Assembly: GCA_003427395.1 (NCBI GenBank)
Contig: BFEA01000036.1
Coordinates: forward strand, 111,871 to 175,870
Length of the DNA: 64,000 bases
Direction of reading: 5' to 3'
Source: Chara braunii
Lineage: Eukaryota > Plantae > Charophyceae
A program made the position numbers and the translations under genes. The notes beneath the pieces were generated by a model. It was not told the origin of the DNA. It saw nothing but the letters and a program-made list of their open reading frames with translations, and ran no database searches. Positions 35,718 to 47,956 of this stretch are shown here, in pieces; the stretch's first letter is position 1, and every line of letters starts with the position of its first letter.

Positions 35718-38519
35718 CTACATCTCCTTCCCTTGTAGCACCTGTTTAGCGTCCTTGCTCTTCTGCTTCACCTCGAGGTGCTCAATCTTCAGTGCTCCAA
35801 CCAGCTGTTCGGTCAGCGCTTTCATCGCTGCCCCGAACGAACCGGTGGCTCTGGCNNATACCGTCANAGCATTGGAGAANAGCGTCGGGGGGTACCCCCG
35901 GCGCTTCAGCTCAATGCTAATGGAGAGCGTCGCTGGGACTCCCGTTGCTGGGTCACTAGCATGGTGCTTGATCCTATGTAGTGCAGCCACTACCGCACCT
36001 GCCTTCACTCGCTTATCAGAATATGAAGAGAAGTCATGGAAACATCTGAAGGCAAGGGGCTCCTCNAGCGTGGCTCCTTCATTTTTATGTCTGGGGCGAA
36101 TGGTGAACGTGACCGGGCCTGGTAAAGCTGCCACCCTCATTCCCTGGAAATCCCAGGAGTTGGAGCCATCATCAGTTCNTACCAGCACCANCTGCTTCNC
36201 ATATGTCTCCTCAAATTCCTNACGGATAGCTTTCGCNGCCTCTATACTCCGGCAGNNATACATGTCACATGCCACCACTACTGTGACGTCGTCCACCAAT
36301 CTGACCCCGTGCACCAGCTTCTGATCAGCACCCAGNGAGGTTATGAAGTCAACCTCCTGCTTCGCNCATAACACACACGCTAGCGAGGGGCTGGAACTCT
36401 TCCCCATCGGTATCCCTACAGCCTGCTTAAGGATCTCTGCCCTGCACATAACATACGTGTTGTCCAGTTCAAAANTGACCATTCGCCGGATCTGGCTAAA
36501 NTTGACAACCACGTAACCTGGTCCAAGGCTCCTCTGGTTGAGAACCACAACCCTGCCTCGCCTACTAAGGCTCATCTTGAAAACACCTTTCACCTCCCAC
36601 TGCTGCAGCAGCCAGTCCACAGTTAGGGCTATCGCATGGTGTGGCAGCGATGTGAATATCTCCTTGATGTCAAAACTAGCTGTCAGGGCCATCGATCTTT
36701 CTCCGGACACACTGAGTTTCCGTCCGGTNGCTTCCAGATTCTCTTTCAGCAACGNTGTAGCCTTGAGGTTGAAGTGTCTGGCTTTAGGTACTTTTTCAAN
36801 CAGNNAGTTGAGCGNGNNTGCTAGCCTTCTCCCTGCGGTCTTTGCGCCTTCTGCACAAGCTGGCGCGATGGGNCTCCACCTCGTCAGGTCCTTATGCTTG
36901 GGCAAGACATATGCTTGTCCAATCCTGGTTGCCGGGTTTCAGGCCCCAATCGCATCAAGGCCCAGTCTTCTGAACTCCGTCTTAATCTGTATCAGAATAT
37001 CATTCTCAGACTTATCCGGGATCTTCTGGTAAGCCACATTCTGGTTGAACATCAACTAGAGACCAAAGTGGTATGTGGAGGGACACATGACTACCATGTC
37101 CCCATAATTCCTGTCCAGTGGGACCACCACCAAGTGGCTCATCGTTGCCTCGCGCACTTGCTTTTCTGAGGACGCCAGTCTCGTCTTTGCTCATTCTGAT
37201 ATGCAATCCTGAAAACAGGGCTGGTCTATCAAGTGAATCTGGTCTCTCTTCATAACTGCTTTCAAGAATCGTTCCACTACCTGTTGCACCTCTGCCTGCC
37301 TGGCATCTCCTTCACTCTGCAGAATATTCTTCCCGTTATGCAGAAACGTGGGAACCATTGGACACTGCGCAATGTGCGCCAACACATGCCCCTCTTCCCT
37401 CGGCAGTTGATCCTGGCCACAGGTACAGTGTCCACTCTCCATCGTTGCCACCATTCGATGGTTGGCGAGCACCTGCTCCACTGTCTTGTTTTTCTTCCAC
37501 ACCACTCTCACCCGCCCTCGTAACACCGTCTTCAAAATCGGGTGGATTCTGCTCTTGTTTACGCATAGCACCACAGTATCATGTAACTTCCTCTTCTTCA
37601 GCCGATGGCTATACTTCACACCCACGTTAACCTTCATCCTGATATTTACACCGGTCCTCTTCCTAATTACTGCAACGATTTTCTCTTTGAGGGCCCTCCT
37701 CGTAGACTTGGTCTTGAACTCCCTTGCACATCTATATAAAAACACCAACTTAGGTACACTGAAGTACTTAAGTTCCGCTTGCTTCCTCGGAATATGAAGT
37801 AGCAGCCGCAAATATCCTTTACCTCGACACCTTGCACTCATGGTCTTGATAATCGGTGTCACTTCGAATGTGCCTCCTCTTTCTAGAAGTTGCTTGGACC
37901 TTCCCAGGGGATGCTTCTCTCCACCGCCGAAGACGGTCGACGTTCCGAACAACCTCCTGATAATCGACCATTTCTCACCCCACACCTCGCCGCCAGATGA
38001 CACAAACTTCAACTTCTTCGTTCCTGTTGCGAAGGTTTCCTCTAACAGTTCAACCAAGATGAAATACCGCCTCTCCCCTCCCGCACGTAGGAAGGACAAG
38101 AGCCCTGTTCTCCCTGCTGGCGCAATTGTCCTTCCCTTCATCCTTTCTTTCTTACCAGGCCTTGCCTTGCGCTTCGCCCCAGCATTTCTACCGACCACAT
38201 TAAGTGTCGGCGAGAATCTACCTATGAGAGATTTCTCTAGCACCTGCAGTCCGTCCCTGGCTCCCGTCGCAATAGGGAGGACTAGGTACTTCTGCCATCC
38301 GAAGACTTTCAGAAAAGGATACAACTTGGGGGCGTGTCCTTTGTTACCAGACACAGTACATCGGATATGTTCCCACCATCTTTCCCCCGCTTCGCGAATC
38401 GTTTGCCCTATGTACATTTTCTTGCACCAGGGTGACAACACGCAGTACACTGCGGGCCCTCTTATCATGTCCTGCGGGGGTAACCGTAAGCATTTTCTGA
38501 GCCCACGGGACCAACCCAC
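35718..38519 (-). pseudogene. PLE ORF2: GIY-YIG endonuclease followed by reverse transcriptase; one frame with three internal stops
   Basis: AVYCVLSPWCKKMYIGQT..RWWEH..LEKSLI...PTLN (GIY-YIG); LPKHKDLTRWRPI, SFDIKEIFTSLPH, GIPMGKSSSP, RLVDD (RT). ORFs 37191-38519 and 35718-36905 are in the same frame. Confidence 0.92.
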
Positions 38520-38697
38520 TCACCACCAGCAGAAGGAAAATTGCAATCAGCATTTGCTCAACATTAATCCTCGGATTTGTTAAGCCATACGTCCCCCAGA
38601 CGGTTTCCCTGAGCCCCATATATAGCACGAGCTTGTCCCAGAGGTACCTCGCTGGGGGGGTACACCGTCAAATAGCATGTGGCGCTGTGTCAACTCC

Positions 38698-39674
38698 CTA
38701 CAACATATCTTCCTTATTACTCCCGTTGCTATCCGCTCCTGTGAGCCAACCATCGTACGCCGCCCTTGCCTCAGCTGCCGCCAATTCCTTGACCGCCTGA
38801 TCCTTCAACACCCATTTTATATTCTTCGTCTTGCACATCTGTTTAAGTTCAGAGGCATGCTTCCCTTGCAAACTCTCACGCATCTCAAGTACAAAATCAA
38901 TCACCCTTTGTCTGGAGCATGAGGCTACTACTCCTTTCTTCCTTGCATCAACATTCGCTGGTTCCTTACCCTTCCTTGAAACCGCTGTCCTTCTCTTGGT
39001 GATAGGTGCTGCAGTGCTCCTCTCAATGACACGTTCATCTCGTTCGTAGTCATCGAGGTTGAGCCTCCTCTTCGGGTTCGGATATTGCTTAACACTGGGT
39101 CTTCTTGGACTCTCCGGGTCATCTCGTTCCAATAACCTCCGCAGACTGTCGTGCTCTTCTCTTCAAATGTTGTCAGCGTCATTTGCACATGCTCTTTGAT
39201 CTTCTCTTCCAGGGCAATCATCTGCTTGGTGAATGCCTGCGCCGCTGTTGCTTCCATAATCGCCTGTGCTCGTCGTTTCTCCGCTTCCTCTCTTTGATTC
39301 GCTTCTTCCTCCTTCTGTCTCTCCTCTTCTTATCACTTCTTCTCTTGCTCGACTCTTTCCTTCTCGGCTGCCTCCCGTTGTTGACTATCAACGAACATGA
39401 GTAGTTTGTTCATCCGATCGTCTTCTTCATTTCCTTTCTGCTGATTGTAAGTTCTCTGTCCGTAGCTTCCATGCGCCTGTCCTTGCCCGTACCTCCCGTT
39501 CTGCTTATGAGGGCAATCACGTGCGAAGTGCCCGTACTCACCACAATTATAACATGGCCCTCCCGGTCCCGTTGTTGGAGGTGGGGGAGGGGGAGGGGGA
39601 GGTGGGCCAGGGTTGTAGGCAGGTCCCCCATACCCGGCTGGGTAGGGGTTCGATGTCGACTGCGGAGGATACAT
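38698..39674 (-). pseudogene. PLE ORF1: Pro-rich N-terminus, CCHC zinc knuckle, coiled coil, SAP-like C-terminus
   Basis: CYNCGEYGHFARDC; E/K/R-rich helix; HASELKQMCKTKNIKWVLKDQAVKEL. Broken by TGA-TAA near 39333 and one frameshift near 39135. Confidence 0.75.
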
Positions 39675-42474
39675 ATCAGACTGCAGGGCTCCGTCGACTG
39701 CACGTCTAGCTGCGAGGCAGCTTGTCTTCACAGAAAACTCACTTAGGATACGTCAACGTCCAGAACTTTAATCTCCTCGTATCTTCTCCGTTTCTCAACC
39801 CCAACCAACTTTACGCGAACTTAGACGCACTTGTCTTCTCAGTACATAATACAACACGACCACCCCACGACGCAGTCTGACAGTTATTCCAGTTGGCTCA
39901 ATCAGCTTCCCGTCTGTAAGCAACCGTCAACCAGAAGCTAATCAGTAGCATCCCCGTCTGTGCTCTTCTGCCCCCGTTGGTGTTCTACCTGCCAGCCACC
40001 CGTCTTCTCGAACGGAAACTCGATGTCTCCACGTAATCTCAATTCTTAGAAGTCCGTGACTGCTCACCCGTTCTATCTTGGTCAGTTACACTTGACAAGA
40101 TCAAAACTCTACTCAATCTTAAACAGTAACTGAAGCAACGCACGTGTCTTCTCAGTTTTCCAACTACGACCAGTTGCGGACTCACTCATACCACGTAACT
40201 CATTCCCTACTTACACCGTCTTTCACCTCCACTCTTAACCGCCTCACTTACGTAGCGTCAGCTCGTATTCCGCCCTGATTAGAAGTACCACCGACGCGTG
40301 CTCGCCTGCAAACTCAAGTTTTTCTCTTCAGCTACTATACCTGTCTAGACTTCACCCCTCCTTAAGAGTCAGGTAATACGCTATCCGTACTAGCATCCTT
40401 GTGACGATGGTCGTGGCAACCTTACCCTGTTGAACGTTAAGTAGAAACTATCATCAGTTCTCCTCTGGTACAAATAACTACCTACATACAGTCAAGACAC
40501 AAGTACCGCCCTTAGCCCCCCGATAACGTACAACAACAAAATTCCCACGAGAAATGAAAGTTGAAAAAACATTCCATAAAAGAAAAATCATGTATATTTA
40601 TAAATTATCGTTTCAATGTTTGTCCAATTCCAAAATTTTCAGTTTTATTTGATAAGTTTCCGTCTAAATATGATCTTTCCCTTCCAACTACATCCATTTG
40701 TTTAACATGGAATGAAAAGTCTGGACGAGTTTATCAAATGTTTTAATTCAACTTTCATTCTACTATAACAAATATCTTCTAATTTAGATTGGATTAACCT
40801 ATTTATGACTGAAAATCCTTAATTAGAATGACAGTCCAATTAAAATATTTCATGAACTCATCCTGACTTTCATTCCATCTCTAGCATGCAGTTCAAATAA
40901 GAAGGGATACCCCATTCTTGGAAGGAAAATTTTAAAGTAGACGGAAAATTTTTAAATTAGAATGACATTTTTTAAGCTGGAATGAAAATTTAAAATTTAG
41001 AATGTAATTTTACTATAGAATGATTATTTAATTCCGGGAAATTTTTCTGTTTACAAAGCAAAAACCGTACAAGCCTATCCTCCAAACCCTCTCTCTCCTT
41101 TCACACATGGACATACATCAGAACCTTACAGCGACACTTTCTCTCCTCCTAACATACACAGGGTCCACCCTTAGCACGCTGTTACCACAAAAACTAACTC
41201 CGTTAAGAACAACCCCCGATCACTTTCGCCGCTCGCGTCTTTCGCCCGTCTCCACCACGCCCGACCAGCGTCCGGCCAATCACTCACCAGCTTATCATAC
41301 GCACTTACAATTAAATATGCACAGTTACACCACGAAAATAGTAGCACTAATAACTAACTACGTAAAACCCCAGTCTCACCACTGACATACTTCCTTACGT
41401 ATACCAAACTTGTCTGTCCAATGTAGCTCGCTGGGTGTCTGTTCTACGCTCCATACGTGGCGTCGTATGCTTCATACCAACTACTGAACATCTTTGCTCG
41501 GCGTTTCTCGCAACACAGACAATCACCTGAACTTCTCGCTACCATGTGTATCGGGCATCCCCCTGCCGCGACCTGTCGCACGTCTCACCAGCTGGAAAAC
41601 TGCGCCTTCCTGTACGTCTTGCTGGAACTCTTCACTTCAACCGTTGAACGTGACCGTCTGTCTAATGTAGTTCGCTAGTGATCAGCTCTATGCCCTGTAT
41701 TCACCCCAAACTGATCTTCTCAGCTCGACACTTATCTCTACAAAGACGATCACTCGGAACTCACACTAGCGCGTGTATCGAACTTCTCCTGACCTCGACG
41801 TGTCGCACGTCTCTCCAGCCGGAGAACCACCCGTCTTCCTGCACATCTTACTAAATCTCTCCCCATAAACTCACAGGGCAGCTCGTTGAAGAACCACACA
41901 TCGCTCTACTCGCCACTCCGTAACTACGATCGTGTGGCTCTCTGCTCACCTTGCAGGAGCTCTCACCTAACCGTTGAACAGAGCCACCCAAGTAGCTCGT
42001 CAAAAACTACGTAGCTCTTTACTCACATCTCCGTAGTTATGATCGCCTGTTCTCATCGCTTTTGTATGCGTCATACATTAAGCGGTACATACCACCCTCC
42101 GGGTATTGTTGGCTGTATCTACTTCCTCAAAGTTGGACATTCACTATATCACCCGTCAGCTTCTCTTCGCCAGCTCGTCACACCTCACCGTTGTCATTAC
42201 TGGCACCTTGTCAGCATTCTTTTCCTAATTCTACTCGTAATATTCACCTTTCTTTCTCTTAAACCTATCTTCGTCTCCTTCCTCTCTTCTTACTTTCATT
42301 CTCTGCTCGTAACACTCTATGCCGATGTAGACGTAACCACCAGGACGAGTACGACCACTCGTATGGTTGTTGCGCATTCAAGAATTTCAAAGAGTGAGGC
42401 CAATCGCTACCCGTCCATGCCTTAGTGATAAACAGAACAACACCTGCACAGACACTCAGCTCAACGCGCACATT

Positions 42475-42519
42475 CCCCGACGCGTTTCGCCTGGCTGCGC
42501 ACCAGGACTTCTTAAGGGG
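42475..42519 (-). ncRNA. Second copy of the PLE minimal hammerhead
   Basis: Same fold as 34925-34969, with the core further mutated to UUAAGAA. Confidence 0.62.
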
Positions 42520-45500
42520 CATCTGCTCTCCCGCATCCACCGTGGCGATCCTTCCCAGAGCAAAGAGGGCCGTTTTGGCCTTGCCCTCAGTCATATAACA
42601 GGCCCAGCTTCCACGTCCGCACCCGCGGCCCACGACGCTGCAACTGACTGGCGGGTGTTGACTGGACTCACTCGTAACTGACCTGGCGTGCACATAGGCA
42701 AACCCTTCCTTCCAACAACCTTACATGTGCGCCTCCACACGCGCTAAGTATTCAAATTTGCACGTGCACTGGCTGTTGGTACGGGCTCCCTGTTGCGAAA
42801 AGGGCTCACAACTCTAGCATCTTATATCCCAGGCCAGATTTATGCACTAGATTCATACCAATCTGAACCCTCCAGACCACAAACCGGTTCCGACACTACT
42901 GGCCCCGGTGACGCTAGACTCGCCCTACTGCCTACTATCCTGCTATCATAGTATACACCCGGTGCTATTTGATGCCGGTCTAATCAGTTACTACCTCATA
43001 TTCGTTTCTCGTCTACCCCTGCCTCCTGTCTCTCCCCTTAGTACGTGTCAGCTACCGAACTACACCCCTTTTTTTCCCCCCCACCCCGGGCCCATCTTTT
43101 CCTGCTATTAACCTACAGCCCGGTTTTACTCTTTCTGGGGGCTCTTATCTTACTCTATTTGTACAACCCAGTCGTAACTGGGACCTACCACCTTGTCTCT
43201 CGCCCAACCCTGATCGGCAGCTACACCTAGCTATCTACAATATGGTACACGAGCGCTTCCCCATTCCTTCTACATCTCCTTCCCTTGCAGTACCTGTTTA
43301 GCGTCCTTGCTCTTCTGCTTCACCTCGAGGTGCTCAATCTTCAGTGCTCCAACCAGCTGTTCGGTCAGCGCTTTCATCGCTGCCCCGAACGAACCGGTGG
43401 CTCTGGCNNATACCGTCANAGCATTGGAGAANAGCGTCGGGGGGTACCCCCGGCGCTTCAGCTCAATGCTAATGGAGAGCGTCGCTGGGACTCCCGTTGC
43501 TGGGTCACTAGCATGGTGCTTGATCCTATGTAGTGCAGCCACTACCGCACCTGCCTTCACTCGCTTATCAGAATATGAAGAGAAGTCATGGAAACATCTG
43601 AAGGCAAGGGGCTCCTCNAGCGTGGCTCCTTCATTTTTATGTCTGGGGCGAATGGTGAACGTGACCGGGCCTGGTAAAGCTGCCACCCTCATTCCCTGGA
43701 AATCCCAGGAGTTGGAGCCATCATCAGTTCNTACCAGCACCANCTGCTTCNCATATGTCTCCTCAAATTCCTNACGGATAGCTTTCGCNGCCTCTATACT
43801 CCGGCAGNNATACATGTCACATGCCACCACTACTGTGACGTCGTCCACCAATCTGACCCCGTGCACCAGCTTCTGATCAGCACCCAGNGAGGTTATGAAG
43901 TCAACCTCCTGCTTCGCNCATAACACACACGCTAGCGAGGGGCTGGAACTCTTCCCCATCGGTATCCCTACAGCCTGCTTAAGGATCTCTGCCCTGCACA
44001 TAACATACGTGTTGTCCAGTTCAAAANTTTATGTCTGGGGCGAATGGTGAACGTGACCGGGCCTGGTAAAGCTGCCACCCTCATTCCCTGGAAATCCCAG
44101 GAGTTGGAGCCATCATCAGTTCGTACCAGCACCAACTGCTTCTCATATGTCTCCTCAAATTCCTGACGGATAGCTTTCGCAGCCTCTATACTCCGGCAGT
44201 TATACATGTCACATGCCACCACTACTGTGACGTCGTCCACCAATCTGACCCCGTGCACCAGCTTCTGATCAGCACCCAGTGAGGTTATGAAGTCAACCTC
44301 CTGCTTCGCGCATAACACACACGCTAGCGAGGGGCTGGAACTCTTCCCCATCGGTATCCCTACAGCCTGCTTAAGGATCTCTGCCCTGCACATAACATAC
44401 GTGTTGTCCAGTTCAAAANTGACCATTCGCCGGATCTGGCTAAATTTGACAACCACGTAACCTGGTCCAAGGCTCCTCTGGTTGAGAACCACAACCCTGC
44501 CTCGCCTACTAAGGCTCATCTTGAAAACACCTTTCACCTCCCACTGCTGCAGCAGCCAGTCCACAGTTAGGGCTATCGCATGGTGTGGCAGCGATGTGAA
44601 TATCTCCTTGATGTCAAAACTAGCTGTCAGGGCCATCGATCTTTCTCGGAACACACTGAGTTTCCGTCCGGTTGCTTCCAGATTCTCTTTCAGCAACGCT
44701 GTAGCCTTGAGGTTGAAGTGTCTGGCTTTAGGTACTTTTTCAAGCAGAAAGTTGAGCGCGCATGCTAGCCTTCTCCCTGCGGTCTTTGCGCCTTCTGCAC
44801 AAGCTGGCGCGATGGGTCTCCACCTCGTCAGGTCCTTATGCTTGGGCAAGACATATGCTTGTCCAATCCTGGTTGCCGGGTTTCAGGCCCCAATCGCATC
44901 AAGGCCCAGTCTTCTGAACTCCGTCTTAATCTGTATCAGAATATCATTCTCAGACTTATCCGGGATCTTCTGGTAAGCCACATTCTGGTTGAACATCAAC
45001 TAGAGACCAAAGTGGTATGTGGAGGGACACATGACTACCATGTCCCCATAATTCCTGTCCAGTGGGACCACCACCAAGTGGCTCATCGTTGCCGCTAGCT
45101 CGCGCACTTGGTTTTTTGAGGACGCCTGTTTCGTCTTTGCTCGTTCTGATATGCAATCCTGAAAACAGGGTTGGTCTATCATCTGGATCTGGTCTCTCTT
45201 CATGACTGCTTTCAAGGATCGTTCCACTACCTGTTGCACCTCTGCCTGCCTGGCATCTCCTTCACTCTGTAGAATATTCTACATGAAAGACCTCACGAGT
45301 TGCGGCGGCTGGAAACATCACTGATTAAATTTATCAACGATGACCATCATTAGGCCCAACCCCCAAAGAATGCAGCATAAGGCTATACTTTTTTTTTTCA
45401 ACAACATAGAAGTTAATGGTAGTTTAAAATATTATTATTTTTTTGATACGAAATAACTTACCATATATATTAATTAAAATCAAAATAAAATTTATACTTC

Positions 45501-46432
45501 CAACAATAAGGAGAAAAAAAATTAAGACATTAAACATACAAAGAAATATTCTTTGAAAGCTCTATGAAGTGTGGCTCAGTAAGGGAGGAAGGGGTCATTT
45601 TCCAATATTGTATGAATATTTTAAAAATAAAACCTTGTCATTGCTATTTTCTCCCCCCTCACCCTCTCTCATTTTCTTGAATACCCCCTCCCCCAAGGTT
45701 GTATAATCAAACGAACCATAATGAAACTTTATCATCACTACACTATCCACTGCCTTGTTGTTCCTTCTCAACGTTTCCTCATTCACCAACTCTACATTGA
45801 GGAGGTGGTAAATGAAGGAAAGGAGAAGGGGGAAGAGGTGGAGGAGGAACAATGAAAGAAGAGGCATGAGGCGAGAAAGGAACAAAAGAAGGATAAATGA
45901 AAGGGGAGTATATATGTAAGGTGGACAATTGAAGACAATTTCCTTGAGGAGTGTTTGGTAAATTGATGAGTATGGCAAATGAACGTCTTGGGCGGCAACG
46001 AAGGGGCGGATAGGGACACTTTTGGAAAGGGAGATCCAAAGTATTCAAAAATTTAATTTGGCAGTTGTTGAATGACTTTGGGTACAACAAAAGCTCCCTT
46101 GGTCGTACAGGGCTTCCAGACAAAGAGAATTCAAGAGTCTCCTTACTCCACATAGCGCGACAAATTATGCGCCTTGTACTTCAAACTAGGAGCATTACAA
46201 CACCAGTGCATTTGAGCCTCTTTTTGATGAGGCAGACTCCCCCTACGCACCAAGCTTTGACAGAACACCAGCGCAACAATTTTTTTTCCCCCCTTTTCAG
46301 CTGGCACACCAAGCCATTTTGGTCCGGTAGCAGCGTTCACCCGAAATTCGTGGGTCGGCTCAATTTCGATTCTCACGTTCGCATGGGCGACGTGCTGGCT
46401 GCTTAGCGCCAAGTCTCACAGTTGCTATGTGA

Positions 46433-46825
46433 ATGTAGAGCGGAACAAGGCCCTACCGGTCTACCCAGAGCACAGAACACACCAAGTTCAGCAATGGCCC
46501 GGGTGGAATAGCAGTCCACAGCAGGACTTCCCTCATTCCGCAATGTGGCTCAGAACCCTTACCAGGGTCTTTGGAATGAAGGGCATGCCCCACAGTGCAA
46601 TGTTAGTGCTATGCTATAGCGCGAATGTCGCACCAGCTTGGCTTGGTGAATGTGGAGAGTGGAACGAAGGCCCTACGGGTCTGCCCAGAGCACAAAAGAC
46701 AACCAGTTCACGAATAGTCACTGCTCGAATAGCCAAACTCTCCATAGTACGGCTTCCCTCATTCCGCAATAAGGCTCAGAACGCTTACCAGAGGTGCTTT
46801 TGGATGAAGGGCGCGCCCACAATCG
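46433..46825. repeat. Diverged tandem duplication, ~220-bp period
   Basis: GGAAC.AAGGCCCTAC.GGTCT.CCCAGAGCAC and CTTCCCTCATTCCGCAAT..GGCTCAGAAC each occur twice. Confidence 0.8.
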
Positions 46826-47294
46826 TACTTTCCTGGCTGGATGTTCCGGACTGGAATTCGACCCCGATTCCTTTTGATTGAATACGCTGTAAGCCGATAG
46901 CCCCGTGCGTTTGGAAGTCCAAAAACCGCGTGCTTCCGATGGACCGTAGGGCCCGCCCCATACTTTTCACGGACAGGTCGTCTTTGGGCCTCGCAGCACC
47001 GCTCGCCGAACGCCCTTTTTCTGAACGAATCTGGACATACCGTCCCGATACGTTCCGAATGTTGGGATTTAGCGAGTGATGTGGTGAGGCTGTTTGTCTT
47101 GACCCAGTTCGTAGGCCGGGCGGATGGTACGTGTGGGATCGGGTTGTGAGTCGCTCTTTCCCTTCATCCCTGGTGCTCGGGTTTGATCTTGCCCTATATG
47201 CCGCATTCCGACTCATCGCGCCGGTCTCTCTCGGCGGACGTTGTAATCACTCTTCGCTTGCGTTTCGCCGGAGCTTGTTAGAAAGACAGCGACA

Positions 47295-47297
47295 ATG
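47295..47297 (+). CDS. RPL18: 60S ribosomal protein L18 (eL18), exon 1 (ATG only)
   Basis: GACAATG|gtacgt; pyrimidine-rich leader upstream; exon 2 starts at Gly2. Confidence 0.75.
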
Positions 47298-47866
47298 GTA
47301 CGTAGGTTGACGTCAACGGCGCGCTCCTCTCATAGAATGCACGCATCATTGTTCGTTTTTTCCGTGTGGTGCCACTTGGCCCTGAATTGCACGGTTTGGA
47401 TGTGATCTTTTGAGTTTGCTGAGCTATGGCGGTGGCGGAAGGAGAGGGAGGGGGCCCAGATTGGGCCGGTAAGGGCGGATGATGCATGGTCATGGCTGTC
47501 GTGTCCAGCACGCATTCGGATATGTCGGGGAGGAATGGGAGAGCAGGAGCGAATTTGTATAAGGGAAATGAATACCCTAGTTGTCAGTGCGGGGAGTGCT
47601 CTTTTGCACGTGTCCCTTGCAAAGGGATTGAATTCCCTCGGTAGCCTTTCTTGCTGGCTGAGGAAGCTAGCTATGCTAGGGTATGGGCTAAAGTGAACGT
47701 CTTCTGTTATCCTCGTGCGTGTGCTCCTGGATGTTCTGCTGCCTTCGGTCAAGTTGATGTGGTCCTGTTGAAGTTGCTGTTGGTTCTCTTGATATTGATA
47801 TTTCTGAGCTTCGTGTCCTTACGACGCCTTTATACGATTGTGGTGATCTTTGTGGTTTGGCTGCAG

Positions 47867-47956
47867 GGGATTGATCTTATCGCCGGTGGTCGTAATAAGA
47901 GGACCAAGCGTACCGCTCCCAAGAGCCAAAATGTTTATCTTCAGCTGCTTGTGAAG
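47867..47956 (+). CDS. RPL18: RPL18 exon 2
   Basis: [30 protein letters not shown] with AG/GT borders. Confidence 0.96.

Larger units (their letters stand above)
34832..45280 (-). mobile_element. Penelope-like retroelement with N-terminal GIY-YIG (Naiad/Chlamys architecture), partial head-to-tail tandem
   Basis: Full unit 42381->34832 (7550 bp) preceded by a 5'-truncated copy 45280->42382. Carries GIY-YIG, RT and a hammerhead in the repeated 3' region. Confidence 0.9.

Noticed and set aside
36940-37193. In-frame TGA codons in PLE ORF2 as possible selenocysteine, as in some Naiad elements
   Set aside because: The TGA at 37191 is CGA in the second copy (CpG decay), a TAG also interrupts the frame, the other TGA is most simply a mutated TGG, and I found no SECIS.
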